Part shown: positions 51,641 to 64,000 of the stretch, in pieces | Position numbering within the stretch: position 1 is the stretch's first letter | Layout: each line of letters opens with the position of its first letter | Assembly (NCBI RefSeq): GCF_009834535.1 | Contig: NC_045696.1 | Coordinates: forward strand, 47,928,001 to 47,992,000 | Length of the DNA stretch: 64,000 bases | Source of the DNA: Camelus ferus | Lineage: Eukaryota | Reading direction: 5' to 3' | Program-made: the position numbers and the translations under genes | The notes under the pieces: model-generated | Database searches by the model: none | The model's input: only the letters and a program-made list of their open reading frames with translations | What the model was told of the DNA's origin: nothing

Positions 51641-52196
51641 CCAAATGATGGTGCAGCTTCATTCAGGCCTGTACTGCATGAAGTCTCATGTGGAAAGGGG
51701 GCTATGGGATTTGCAGCTTAGCCATGAGTAGCACTTATGGTGGAGGAAGGGATGTTTTGCCATCAGAGTCATTCACAAAGGGGGGTGTGTGTGTGTGTGT
51801 GTGTGAGTGAGTGAGTGAGTGTCTGTTCTGAGAAGTGTGCTGTGATCACGTAGAACTCCCACAGAAGGCCATCTTTTGTTTGTTCTCAAAGGAAGTTACA
51901 TTTCAAGCTTCTCTGTGGTTGGCATGAGTTTCCTCCAGCCTATGAACTTGCAAACATCTGTGATCACATGGAAACTATTAGTTTATTAATGTGACACTGA
52001 AAGTGGCAGGAAGCTAGTGACTTTTTATAAGAATTATAGGCAATTCTGCCCAGTTATGTACTTATATTTTGAAAATAATTTTGAGAATTTCTGCCAGCAT
52101 GTAGCATTAACTATGTGTCGCCTTTTTGGTAATTTATACAACAAGCAGAAGTTTACAAATTGAACATCCTGTTGAGTCTGTTCCAAGGACAAACTT

Positions 52197-52360
52197 CTTT
52201 TTAAAAATTTTTTTTAAATTTACTTTTTGGCAGGAGGAGGTAATTAGGTTTACTTATTTGTTTATTTATTTATTTTTTTAGAGGGGCTACTGGGGATTGA
52301 ACCCAGGACCTTGTGTATGCTAAGCATGTGCTCTACCACTTGAGCTATACCCTCCCCACC
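52197..52360 (-). mobile_element. Vic-1-like tRNA-Ala-derived SINE
   Basis: Minus strand ggtggggagggtatagctcaagtggtagagcacatgcttagc...gggttcaatcccc; TSD aaggacaaactt at 52185-52196 and 52361-52372. Confidence 0.92.
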
Positions 52361-55300
52361 AAGGACAAACTTTTGATAGAATCTGCTTTTATATTCCAAA
52401 ATTTGTAGTTAGCCATGGGCAGCTGGCTCTTTCAAAGTTCTGTACTATGTTCATAAGTACTGCATCTGAGAAGAAAAAAAAGTATTTGATTTAAATGAAA
52501 TAGCATAGTAGGTATTTAAATTAATTAATATTTTATTCATAGTGCTAAGAAAGACTAGATTTGTGCATAGTACTCTGGGTAGGGATAATTAATTTTTATA
52601 AATCCCTGACAGTGGCCCTGTTTTTGATGCACCTATTTGTAAACCTGGTGTCTTCTTTTGTGCTGCCTGCTGCATAAACAACTTAAAAACCTCTGTGAAC
52701 CAGGCCAACTCTGTAAGTGTCCTATAGGTAGTTTATTGCTCCTTAATTATCAAGATCAATCAATAAGTATAGATCTCATAGCAGCAATTGCAACTGAAAA
52801 GCATGGGAACAACTATGTTACGAATACAATTAGAGAACTGAAGAGATTGGAGCTTAAACACATCTCTTTCATGGATCTTGGGATTTAAATCTTGGGATTT
52901 AAACTAATTCCTAGTATAAAGTCATACTCAGTGTGGGTGCTTAAACACAGTCATATTCTTGCAGTTAGTAAAAATTTAAAACATGTGAGAGTTTTTAGTT
53001 CAGTATGTGAAAACAAATATAAGTCATTCTTTGGATCAACCTTTTTTAGGATGTTTGGAGACTGCATCCAGCCAAAAGCAAAACTGACTTTAAAGCCTAT
53101 GTTGGGAATCTTAAGTGCAATATTTATTGCTTTCCAAGGCCTAAATTATATATGTAGATATACAATCTGTCATGAAACCTTATTTGATATTCAGATGTTC
53201 ACTTTATATCTTCCACTCCCCCTCAGGACTGTTTCTAATATCAAGACAGCCTTTTTATGTATTTTTTTTGTTTTTGTTTTTAATACCTCTAGTGACAAAT
53301 ACACTTTAATACTGGTAAAAAATCATTGCAAGGGGAGTTATTTATGGTTCTAGAAATACAATTAAAAAACAGTTTTGAAGGGTTTATATTCAGACTTCAG
53401 TATGTCTGAAGCTTTAATTTCAAAAAGAATAAAGGAAAATCAAGCAGAGAAGAAAGTAAAGGTAGATAACTGAAAGTGAGCTGTTGAACATTTGAGAGAT
53501 ATAAATTTTTGTGAATCTCAAAAATATGAGGAAAAATAGCAACCCAGCTCTCCATGGCTGAAAAAACTAGGTGGGAACTGCCTCTTGCCAAACTGCATTT
53601 TAATCTTTTTCAATTTTTCTGCTCTCTTCATGTATTAGTGGTCGATAGTTATTAATTTATTTGGCATTTATCGTGCCAGTGTTAATTCATGCATATCTAA
53701 TATGCCTTGATTAGAGCTGGGAGGAATTTTATGATATGATGGGCTAATTCTAATGTAGTGTTTATTGAGAGAGTATAAATATTTTCACATGAATCCCACT
53801 GCAGCTTACCAATTCTCGGATATACCAAGTGACATTGGAATCTATACTAAATTAGCAGCAGTTTGTAAATTGGTCAATATTTATGTTGGTATTTAATGCA
53901 TCCCTCTAGGAAGCCATATATAAGAACAAATTACCCAGCAACCAGGTTTCCTTATAAACTATATTTCAATGCTGTACTTTGTGGATTGAAAAATCTCACA
54001 AGTTGAGCTAGACTTTCGTTTGTGGGGAGATGGTAGGTGAAATGAACACATTCTCTTGGTCATTGTTATCTGAACTCTCTGCTCCTTCTTAAGCCCACCT
54101 GCCCCCTGCCTCTTGCTTCTCTTCCACATCTGAATCTCATTGTTTGGCCTTTCTTCAGTTTCGAATTTAATGCATGGTCTTAGACAGAATTCTGGAGAGT
54201 CACTTTAAAATCAAGAGTTATGCACTGAACATTGTAGGCAAGTGTTATACAATAAGAGGGACCTACATTTTATATTTCAGCACTTTACTATTCAGGAAAA
54301 CCAGAAATATTTACAAACTGACTACCCAAATTTTTAAAAGCAAATTTGTAAAATATCACGTAACTATGTGAAATGTAAATTTACTGCTAAATATGCTATC
54401 AGATTATAAAGCTTTTAAGATTTGGGACTGTGTCTTTTCATATTTTTTTGACCGAACCTACCACATAGCATGCATTTAGTAAAATTTTAAGGGAAGTGAA
54501 TAACTTTTGATATTAACTTTTCATCAGATTAAAAATTATGAACAAAAACATAAATAAATTTGTGATCAATTTTCAACATAGTCCTTAATTTTCTCCTTTG
54601 AAGACTTTGGATTTTCCCTGATTTAAGAACATTTTAAATTTATAACAAATCTAGCTCCAAAATTTTGGATAATACTATTTGTTAATAACAGCAGCTAGTC
54701 AAGAATGGAACAGCAAGCAAGCCTATTATTTTAACATTTAAGTAGACTTACCCAATAGTTTCAAAGTAGAAACTATTTTTTTCTGGGTATTAGTGAAAAA
54801 TCAATCATGTCTTGCATGAGGTTGAGTAGCTATTGTGTTTTCCTTAAAAGACTAGCATGTAGTGACTCAATAGTGCTAAGTGCCTCCCAAGGTTATGGTA
54901 AGTAGCAAATATATAATTAGTATCTAGATTTTTTTTAGATTTCAATCACCACTCTTATCATTTGTACGTAAAAACCAATTTTTTTTTATTACCCAGAAAA
55001 TATTACTCCCAATTTTTGCCATTCATTCAGAATTAGAGGTTAAGTTCAAAGACTGAATCAGATTGTTCTTTCTAAAGGACTTGAGTAGATTTCTGCTGGA
55101 AAAATTGTCCCTTTCTCTTCAACCCTAACATGGCAGACTTCATCAGGCCTGTTTTTAGCTTCCCAGAATGAAATGTTTATCTCCCTGAAGTAGTCAAATT
55201 CCTGGTAGTAGGAGCCACCATTTATTGAGTGGTTATTAGTGCAGGAAACTTTACTAAGTATTTTCACATAGTTTCTCTCCTTCAGCCCCTCCCCACCCCC

Positions 55301-56797
55301 CTAATTTTACATACCGTAAATCCAAAAGATGTACTGACACCTACTCTCTTTTGAAGCAGGCTCACAGCCACAAAGTTTAATAATATTGAAAGTTGGAAAA
55401 ACAAATGCAATCAATTGAACTATCAGTAGAAAGCTGCCTGCCAGACATAATCAAGATGCAAATGTCTATATCTAAATACTTTTTGCTACAGCACAGCAAA
55501 AGAGAGAGAAACAGTTCAATAATGTACACTGCCGGAAACGGGGGTGACGCATGCCTTTCCCATTTTCTGGAAGTTGCATAAGAGTAAAACACATTTCAGT
55601 AAATTAGGCTTTTTCTATAACAGCTTTGGCTTTTCATTTAGGAAGGGAAAAAGGAGATCAAACTCCAAATCTCTTCCCATTTCATCCCCTCTGACAGCTT
55701 TAAATGAAGCAAAGTCGTTTTCTGACTATCACCTTCCATCATAATAATGTTTCTCTCATACTTTTCTGGCACATATGACATAGCCTTTGCTGTTGTCAGT
55801 ATGTCATAGCATTTCCCTCCTTATTTACCTTGCTTTGTTCTAAACCAACCGTATCAAGTAGATATAATTTTGTGATGATAGTTGCCTAGCACCATAACCC
55901 ATGTGAGTGGAAACACCAGGTAAACAGAATTTAATTATCTGAGTGTTTTTCTTAGGCTTTGTAGAAATTCAGATTTGTATTTTCTTTCATTTGCTGCTGA
56001 GTTCTGTGCTCACAAGATAAGTGGTCCTTTCTGGGAACTGAAGTTTATCTAGACCACAGGAGTGCCCTGGTTTATGAAAACCAGTATAAGAAAATTTTCC
56101 CACAAAAAAGAAGTCGAAGGATTTGTTTCAAAAGTGATCTTTAGTTTACTGAATGGATTTGCCAAGGGCTTGCTTCTAAAAGCTAGCTCTAAAAGTACAT
56201 CTGCTTATTTTACACATCATTAATTATTTGTCAGAGAAAACAGGGCAGAGAAAATTAAAGAATTAGGAATCCACTGCCAATTACAGAGCAATTAAAAATG
56301 AGAACACTTTGTTTGAAATTATAGTGAAAATCAACATGAAAACATGATTGCTATATCTAATGATGGAAGAGCCAGAGTGAGAACAAGGCATTCTTTTTTT
56401 TTTAATTGAAGTACTGTCAGTTCTTGATATCTATTGAATCAATGGCTATCCTGAGCTGGACTCTGAAGGCCACAGAAGTTGCAATATTTTAAATAAGAGC
56501 TTTGTTCTGAAAGGATTTATAGTTTAGTGAGAAGGATCAAATTCATGAATGCAGGCATAGTGCGGAGTGAACTGCTCTGAAAATGAGATTCAGTAGGTGA
56601 TTGTTGGTTAATCAGAAAAATCTTCCAGAAAACTGTTTTTGATTTGTAGTCCAACTTTTGAAAGGAAATGGCCTCAATCCTACAGAACAAACTGACCACT
56701 TAGTGAGGTAAGAAAAGCATGCAGGTTGGCATCTGGAAACTAGATTTGTCTCTTATGTAGCCATGTGATTTGAGCGAAGAAACTTAACTTCTCTGAG

Positions 56798-57472
56798 TGG
56801 TGCAGGAAAAACGGATGTGGGGCATGAGGAGGGCCATGTCCCAGGTTTTGGTTGAGCCCCTGGGACATGCTCTGCCAAGTATGGGTCCTTGGCTTCAAGC
56901 AGGAAAGAATTCAAGAGCGAGCCACAGTTGAGTAAAGGTAGATTTATTCAGAGAGATACATTGAAAGGTAAGAGAAAGGCCACGAGGTGTGGGGGTTGGG
57001 TGCTCTGATTAAAAGTAGGTACACATTCCATAGACAGACAGAATGCGGGCCATCTCTGAACAGGGGGCAGACAGACAGAGAGAGAGAGAGATGGTGGCGA
57101 GGCACCGTGTTGAACGGAGCGAGAGAGGTCTTGAGGGGCAGTGTTGTGCATTTTTATGGGCTTTGGTAGCTTCACAGTGGAAGGGCCAGTCTAACTAGCC
57201 TAGGTAAAGGGCTGGGATTCCCAGGAATTTGGCCATTTCCCACTCTTTGGCCTTTTGTGGCTAGCCTTGGGACTGCCATGGTGCCTGTGGGCGTGTTATT
57301 CACCATGTTAATATATTACAGTAAGCATACAATGAAGCTCAAGGTCTACTAGAAGTTAAATCTCTCACCATCTTGAGCCTAAGGGCCTACTGGGGGTTGA
57401 ATCTTTCACCATTTTGATGTTAATTGCTGTGGCATTCCTTGAATGGCTGTGCCCTGCCCCCTTCCTGTCTCT
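56798..57472 (-). mobile_element. ERV1-type solo LTR inserted in a MIR
   Basis: MER4/LTR8-like U5 motif gggtccttggcttcaagcaggaaagaattcaagagcgagcc; aataaa on - at about 56943-56948; TSD tgag/tgaa; MIR halves at 56720-56797 and 57473-57610. Confidence 0.82.
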
Positions 57473-58731
57473 TGAACTGCACTTTTCCTAATCTTAAGAC
57501 AAGATAATAATCTTCAGACAAGATAATAATCTTCACCTAATTCATTAGCCCTTTTGGGGAACCAAATGAGAGATAGTTGGAAAGCACTTAGCATAGTCCT
57601 CAGCAAAATTTCCCTAACTGACTTTAAGAATTTGATGGTATTCTCAATGTGCACATATAAAGGTATCAAGCCTCCCAAATCCATACCTGCCTCTGAGTTG
57701 GAACACCTAGTCCAGTCAGTGGAAAGTCAGCAGGAAGTGGAAAGGTGAGCCTGGGGGAGGCTGGGAGGAGAACCTTGGGCAACATGATAAACACTAATGA
57801 AGAGCAGCCTGTGGCTTGAGCCTGAAGCTTGTCTTAGACGCACTGCATCTGACTAAACCAGGACTGGAAGTGGGAAAAACTTCAGTAACAAATGGAGGGA
57901 AAAATGAAAACAACATGAAAAAGGATCTAAACAGACAGAGAACTCGTTTGATGAAGGCAATTTTCTTAAGAACAGAGATCCGTGTTCTGCAATTTAAAAA
58001 TTGGCTGGTAATGATTTAATGAAGGTATGACTAGGAAACCCCTGTTTCTCATGTACTAGCTATGGGGTTTCCTACACAGATGTGTCCAGGCACTGACAGC
58101 TGGGAACATGAGTTAAGGACAGGGATTGTGTGCAACTTTCCCATGTTCGCTGTGCCTATCAGTGCCTGTGCTGAATTCAAAGAAGAGATTATAGCCATTT
58201 TGAAATCCAGGCTGTCCAATACCTGAAGCTCAGATTTTCCCTTAATGCAGTCAGAGAGGACTAGAAAACCAGGGGCCAGTAGCAATGTTGGGAGGGATAA
58301 GGACAACAACTTGGAATGTGATTCTTCTACATACGGTGAGGAGGTGTCCATGGGATAATAGGGGTGGGAATGCTCAGCAGCTTGGAGAAAATACCCCTAC
58401 CTTACCACTGGTAATAGGAAGGTCCAAAAGTAAAATAATTTATGGAATAATTTTTACTTTTCTGGGATCTTAATCAGAAAACAAGATTTTATCAGTTTTC
58501 CTGTTTCGGAGTTCTCCCTGCTGTCTTGTTATGCCCTTGGCTAAAATATCCAGTTAGCCAAGGTAGATCTGAAATACTCAGATGCTCCCTTCTTGGTTGT
58601 GACAAGCTTTCTTTTTTAATCATTTATTTACTTGTTTATTTACTTACTGAGTGCCCAGCAGCTGTTAGGTATTGACAATTTTTTATCCACAAATAATCAA
58701 ATAGTCTATTAGCAGTGAAGTCACGCACGTA

Positions 58732-61115
58732 GCCGTATAGCCTCTGAGATATTGCAGGTTCAGCCCCAGACCACCACAGTAAGGCAATTATGGCAATAAA
58801 GTGAGTCACACAAATTCTCTGGTTTCCTAGTGCATATAAAAGTTATGTTTACACTATACAGTAGTCTATTAAATGGGCAATAGCATTATGTCTAAAAAAT
58901 GTATACACCTTAATTAAAAAATGCTAACCATCATCTGTGCCTTCAGTGAGCCATAATCTTTTTGCTGGTGGAGGGGTTTACTTTGATGTTGATGGCTGCT
59001 GACTGAGCAGAGTGGTGGTGCTGAAGGTTGAGGGGAGCTGTGACAATTTCTTCAAATAAGACAACAATGAAGTTTGCCGCATTGATTGACTCTTCCTTTC
59101 AAGAACGATTTCTCTGTAGCTTGCAATGCTGTTTGATAGCATTTTACCCACAGCAGACCTTCTTTCAAAATTGGAGTCAGTCCTCTCAAACCCTGCCATT
59201 GCTTTGTCACCTAAGTTTATGTCATAGTCTAAATCCTTTGTTGTCATTTCAATAAATTTCAACAACGTTTTCACCAGAAGTAGAAATCCATCTCAAGAAA
59301 CCACTTTCTTTGCTCCACAGGAAACAACTCATCTGCTCAAATTTTATTATGAAACGGCAGCAATTCAGCCACTTCCTCAGGCTCCGCTTCTAATTCTAGG
59401 TCTCTTCCTATTTCCATCACTTCTGTAGTTCCTTCCTCCACAGAAGTCTTGAACCCCTCAAAGTCACCTATGAGGGTTGGTATCAACTTTTTCCAAACTC
59501 CTATTAATATTGATATTTTGATCTCCTCCCATGAATAATAAATGTTCTTATTGGCATCTAAAATGGTCAGTCCTTTCCAAGAGGTTTTCAATTGACTTTG
59601 CCAAGATCCAGCAGAGGAATCAGTATCTATGGCAGCTATAGCCTTACAAAATGTATTTCTTAAATACTAAGACTTGACAGTTGGAATGACTCCTTGATCC
59701 ATGGGCTGCAGAATGATGCTGTGTTAGCAGGCATGAAAATAATATGAATATTACTGTACATCTTCAAGAGAGGTTTTGTGTGATGAGGTTCATTGTCAAT
59801 GAGCAGTAATATTTTGAAAGGAATTCTTTTTTTTTCTGAGCAGTAAGTCTTAAAATCAGCTAAAATATTCAGTAAACCATGCTGTGAACTGATGTGCTCT
59901 CATCCAGGCTTTGTCGGTTCATTTATAGAGCACAAACAAAGTAGATTTAGCATAATTCTTAAAGGCCCTAGGAATTCCAGAATGGTAAATATGCATTGGC
60001 TTCAACTGAAAGTCACCAGCTGCATTAGCTCCTAACAAGAGAGTTGGTTTGTACTTTGAAGGTTTGAAGCCTGACATTGACTTTTCCTCTGTAGTCATGA
60101 AAGCCCTAGATGACTGTTTTCTTCCACTATAAGATTGCTTCATCTACACTGAACATTTGTTGTTTAGTGTGGCCACCTTCATGAATATCTTAGCTGGATC
60201 TTCTAACAACTTGCTGCAGCTTCTACATTAGCACTTGCTGCTTCACTGTACACTTTAATGTTATGGAGACGACTTCTTTCCCTAAACTTCATGAAACAAC
60301 CTCTGCTAGTTTCAAACTTTTCTTCTGCAGCTTCCTCACCTTCCTTAGTCTTCACAGAATTGAAGAGAATTAGGGCTTTGTTCTGATTAGGCTTTGGATT
60401 AAGAAAATGTTGTGACTAGTTTGATCTTCTATCCAGGCCACTAAAACTTTCTCCATACCAGCAATAAGATTCTTTTTCTTATAATTTGAGTGTTCACTGA
60501 AGTAGCATTTTTAATTTCCTTCAGGGAATTTTCCTTTGCAATCACCACTTGGCTGTTTAGTTCAAGAGGCCTAACTTTTGTCCTCAGCTTTTGACATCAC
60601 TTCCTCACTAAGCTTAATCACTGCCAGCTTTTGATTTAAAGTGAGAGACATGCGACTCTTCCTTTCACTTGAACACTTAGAGACCATTGTAGGGTTATTA
60701 ATTAACCTAATTTCAATATTGCGTTTCAGGAAATAGGGAGCCCCAAGGAGAGGGAGAGAGCTGGAGGAACAGCTAGCTGGTCAGTGGAGCACTGAGAACA
60801 CACCTACGTTTATTGATTAAGTTTGCCATCTTATATGGGCACCATTTGTGGTGCCCCCCAAACAATTCCAATAGTAACATCACAGATCACAGGTCACCGT
60901 AACAAATATAATAATAATGACAAGTACTGTATTTGAAATATTATGAGAATTACTGAAGTATGACATAGAGATACAAAGTGAGCGAACATTGTAGGAAAAA
61001 TGGTGTCTATAGACTTGCTTGATTGATGCATAGTTACTGCAAATCTTTAATTCGTGAAAAACTCAGTATCTGCAAAGCAAAGTAAAGCAAAGCACAATAA
61101 GATGAGGTATGGATG
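58732..61115 (-). mobile_element. Near-full-length Tigger1 DNA transposon (about 2.38 kb)
   Basis: Both degenerate TIRs (cc-tctgagatattgcagg; gatgaggtatggatg) and transposase peptides throughout. Confidence 0.95.
58924..60687 (-). pseudogene. Tigger1 pogo-like transposase pseudogene (HTH/CENP-B-like plus DDE)
   Basis: ATG at 60687 gives MVSKCSSERKSRMSLTLNQKLAVIKLSEE; fragments [58 protein letters not shown]; multiple stops and frameshifts. Confidence 0.9.
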
Positions 61116-62224
61116 TCATTACTTACATATCAGTGGACACCTGGCCTCTCTTATAGTAACTTTTCTTGAGTATTACCCTTAAATGTGGACTTGACACAAA
61201 GGAGATGGATGGTAGCTAGAGGTCAAATTTTAATGCATCGAGTCACATTTGTTTCTGAGAAGCTACTCATTCCATAGAATCAGAAAATGGTAGGGTTGAA
61301 GGGCACAATGAAATGTCACACATTCTGTCTCCCTACCTCTGTGTAGTTCATGGAGTGACCTAAATGTAATGCTCGTGGTAATTATACTTACTCTGCTGAG
61401 CCATTTTCCACCTCCGTCCCTCAGCTGCAAATTCTGTAGCATTTGTTTCACTGATAACTTATAACTGCTGCTGTACTGTCATCGAATAAAACATGATCTG
61501 GTTTTGTGATTGAAATGGCAGATGCTACTATTATCCGATTTCTTTCTGAAAATACATTTGGCCTTTGTCTGATCCTCTCTGCTTTGGTTTTCCTAACATC
61601 CTAAGGCCAAGTGTATCCTGTCAATGTATTAAGGATTCTTAATCAGAGGAAATCAGACCCCTGGACTTCCAGACTTCACAGCCTCTTTTTTGGTTCCTTT
61701 CAGTAAAATGTGCTTTTGATAACACTTTTAAAATTGGAGAAAAAACAAAGGTGGAGCTGGGAGTCAACTTCAATTTTTCTTTCTAAGAAAAAGCTCGCCA
61801 GTCTTAAGTTTCCTAGGTTATAAGGAAAGTGAGCTGAAAGCTCAGGCCCCTCCAGCATCTCTGCAACCTCCACTGAGATGCAAAAAGGCCAGCTGAGCTC
61901 TCTTTGCCTCTGACGCTTAGACAACTGGCCTGGGTTTCGACATGATACTGTCTAGCAGCAAATAGACTGCACATGGCGATGTTTTGTTGATCACGTGTGA
62001 GTGAGACTCTCCCATAGCTCCAGGAGAGCTAAGTCCAAACATATATATATATTCTTGTAAATGTATATATTTATGAAATTGTTGTTGTTTGTTCTGTGGA
62101 ATAACCACAAATAACATAACACAAAGGCATTCAGGAAGCAGAGAGGCTGTTGTTAAGACTCTGTTCTCATTTAATCTTTCTAGGGTTTAGAATTAGCCTG
62201 TATGTAGCTGAATTTGTGTGTATT

Positions 62225-62225
<1 letters not shown>

Positions 62226-62273
<48 letters not shown>

Positions 62274-62299
62274 CAGGGAGAGAGAGAGGGAGAGAGAGA
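62226..62299. repeat. (GT)n(GA)n microsatellite
   Basis: Direct read. Confidence 0.95.
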
Positions 62300-63239
62300 T
62301 TGATTCTTCATACTCTACCGTGTAATTTATTAGCATCATCCCCAGTGATGGATTGGAGAGATTGCTCATTAAGCCTGCAGATGGGACTATGCTGGGCAAG
62401 CTAACAAGATATGAAGTTGGTTAATTTCAGAGCTTCCCAAAGCAGTGGAGAGGTAGATAAGACTTTCCTGAGTCTCTAAGTATGGCAATCAGGCTAGATC
62501 ATGAATGTGAAATAAAAGAACATGATTTCGTAGGGAGAAGTCTAGGAAAATTTAAATGACAAAGTGGAATAAATTTTCAGAAATAGAGATTTTAGGAAAA
62601 TGCTCCAGTGAAAATTAAGAAAAGAGCACAGAAAACCTTTATCCCTTTTAGATGTGAGATGGGGATAAAACTGCTAAAAATTCTTAAGAATATCTGAATA
62701 ATAAAATATCAACAGCAGACAGATGACTACAGCATATCATGTGGTGGGAAGTTAAAGGTCAACTAAATCAGGTGATAATGTGCTTGATTTGCATGAGAAT
62801 TAGATTAATTTGTTATTTAAACTTATTTGCTTGCCTACTATATAACCCCCTCTAAAACATTTCGCATATTGTTAACAAAGTAATCTCTCTTGTAAGGTTT
62901 TTATTTTGGAATAATTTTAGATTTACAAAAAGTTTCAAAAATAAAGATGTCTCATATAATGTTTATTTAGATGTCCCAAATCTTAACAGTCTGCCACACT
63001 TATTTATCATTCTCTCTTTTTCCTCCTCCCTCCTTTCTTCATCCCGGCCCACCTTCCAGCCTTCCTGCCGTACTTCTTTCCTTCTTTTTTTCTCTTTATC
63101 TTTTTTTGTATTTATACATTTTGAGGGGGACCTGAGGGGGAACTCAAAATGTATTCCTCCTCCTTCCTCTGCCTCATTTAATTAACTTTTTATTATTCTT
63201 TGTGTCTCTCACATTGATGATTTTTCTTCAGTCCCCGCA

Positions 63240-63455
63240 ATTAAGCTAGGTTTTCCTGTAGATCACTGTACCTTTCATTAAGAGGACTTAGCACACTCTG
63301 TGATCTATGTTATTGTAAATATTGATTAATGTTTCTCTCATAGTAGATACAATTCCATAATTGTCAGGGAATGTGCTGTGTTGCTTGACTTGAATCTCTA
63401 AGATCTAGCACAGTAACTGACACATAGTAAACAGTCACTAAATATTTGTGGACTG
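63240..63455 (+). mobile_element. L2 3' end
   Basis: cttagcacact...ctagcacagtaactgacacatagtaaacagtcactaaatatttgtggactgaa. Confidence 0.65.
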
Positions 63456-63926
63456 AAAAAAAAAGCATGTCTCTAGGCGTGTAGTATTGAAGTTAGCAAG
63501 ACCTGTGGTTATGTAGTGTCTTAGCAGTTATTCCATAATTTGCTAAGTATTTGGTTTTGTGAAATCACCTGCAATAATGAGAGTCTGGTTTATTTATTTC
63601 TACGATTTATACTTCATTTCTTAGGTGCATCTGTGTGTATGTGTATAACTGCAGCAGCTCTGGTCTCCAGAGTAATGAAGTGAGTACTAGTGACAGTGGA
63701 TATTTCTCTTTTGTTTTGACTGAAACAAGAATGATTTTGATCTTTCATTAAGAATGGTTTTCTAGAAGCTAACTTTAAAGAAGCTTCTTTCTATAGTTGG
63801 CTAAGAATTTTCTTTAAGAATGTGTATTGAGTTTTATCAACCAATTATTTTCAGTATTTTCTCTTTTAACCTATTTGTTACTAAGCAGACTAATTCTTAC
63901 ATTCCAAGAAAAACTTGTATGGCTAT

Positions 63927-64000
63927 GTATCATTTAGGAAGGCTTTTGACTGCAAATGACAGAATATCCAATTAAAAGTGAACTAAGTCACAAAGACAGA
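63927..64000. mobile_element. Old MaLR (MLT1J/K/L-like) LTR end, runs off the window
   Basis: ttaggaaggcttttgactgcaaatgacagaa. Confidence 0.4.

Noticed and set aside
52892..53353. 153-aa ORF in unique sequence
   Set aside because: Non-ATG start, composition typical of AT-rich non-coding DNA, no recognisable domain
56391..56425. Ultra-short L1 3' terminus (poly-T plus attgaagtactgtcagtt)
   Set aside because: Plausible minimal L1 insertion, but too short and the TSD (ttctt) too weak to call
45733..57535. Short direct repeats (20-mer at about 45733, 14-mer at about 52875, 19-mer at about 57497) as CRISPR-like arrays
   Set aside because: Simple two-copy slippage duplications without spacers, in mammalian DNA
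1..64000. A novel multi-gene biological system
   Set aside because: No intact genes, operon-like structure or unexplained repeat arrays; nearly all structure is explained by known mammalian transposon classes

Overview
Mammalian, repeat-rich, apparently intergenic or intronic DNA, most likely from a camelid (alpaca/llama/camel), judged by four tRNA-Ala-derived Vic-1-like SINEs and cetartiodactyl-type L1 3' ends. I find no intact host protein-coding gene, functional RNA gene or CRISPR-like array. The listed ORFs are either chance ORFs or decayed transposon proteins. The window is a layered record of mobile DNA: (1) a heavily deleted ERV-S (HERV-S/class III)-like provirus with recognisable gag, protease, integrase and gamma-type env remnants, nested among LTR fragments (about 4.84-8.11 kb); (2) a tailless 5S rRNA retropseudogene with an 18-bp TSD (8139-8178); (3) a twin-primed (5'-inverted) L1 (25.5-26.8 kb); (4) two ERV1-type solo LTRs with 4-bp TSDs; (5) a near-full-length Tigger1 (58.7-61.1 kb); and (6) many L1, L2, MIR, MaLR, hAT and TcMar fossils plus microsatellites. 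I cannot support a previously undescribed biological system here. The most notable items are the ERV-S-like relic and several mechanistically informative retrotransposition products. Repeat family names come from my recall of consensus sequences, not a database search, and boundaries of old repeats are approximate.
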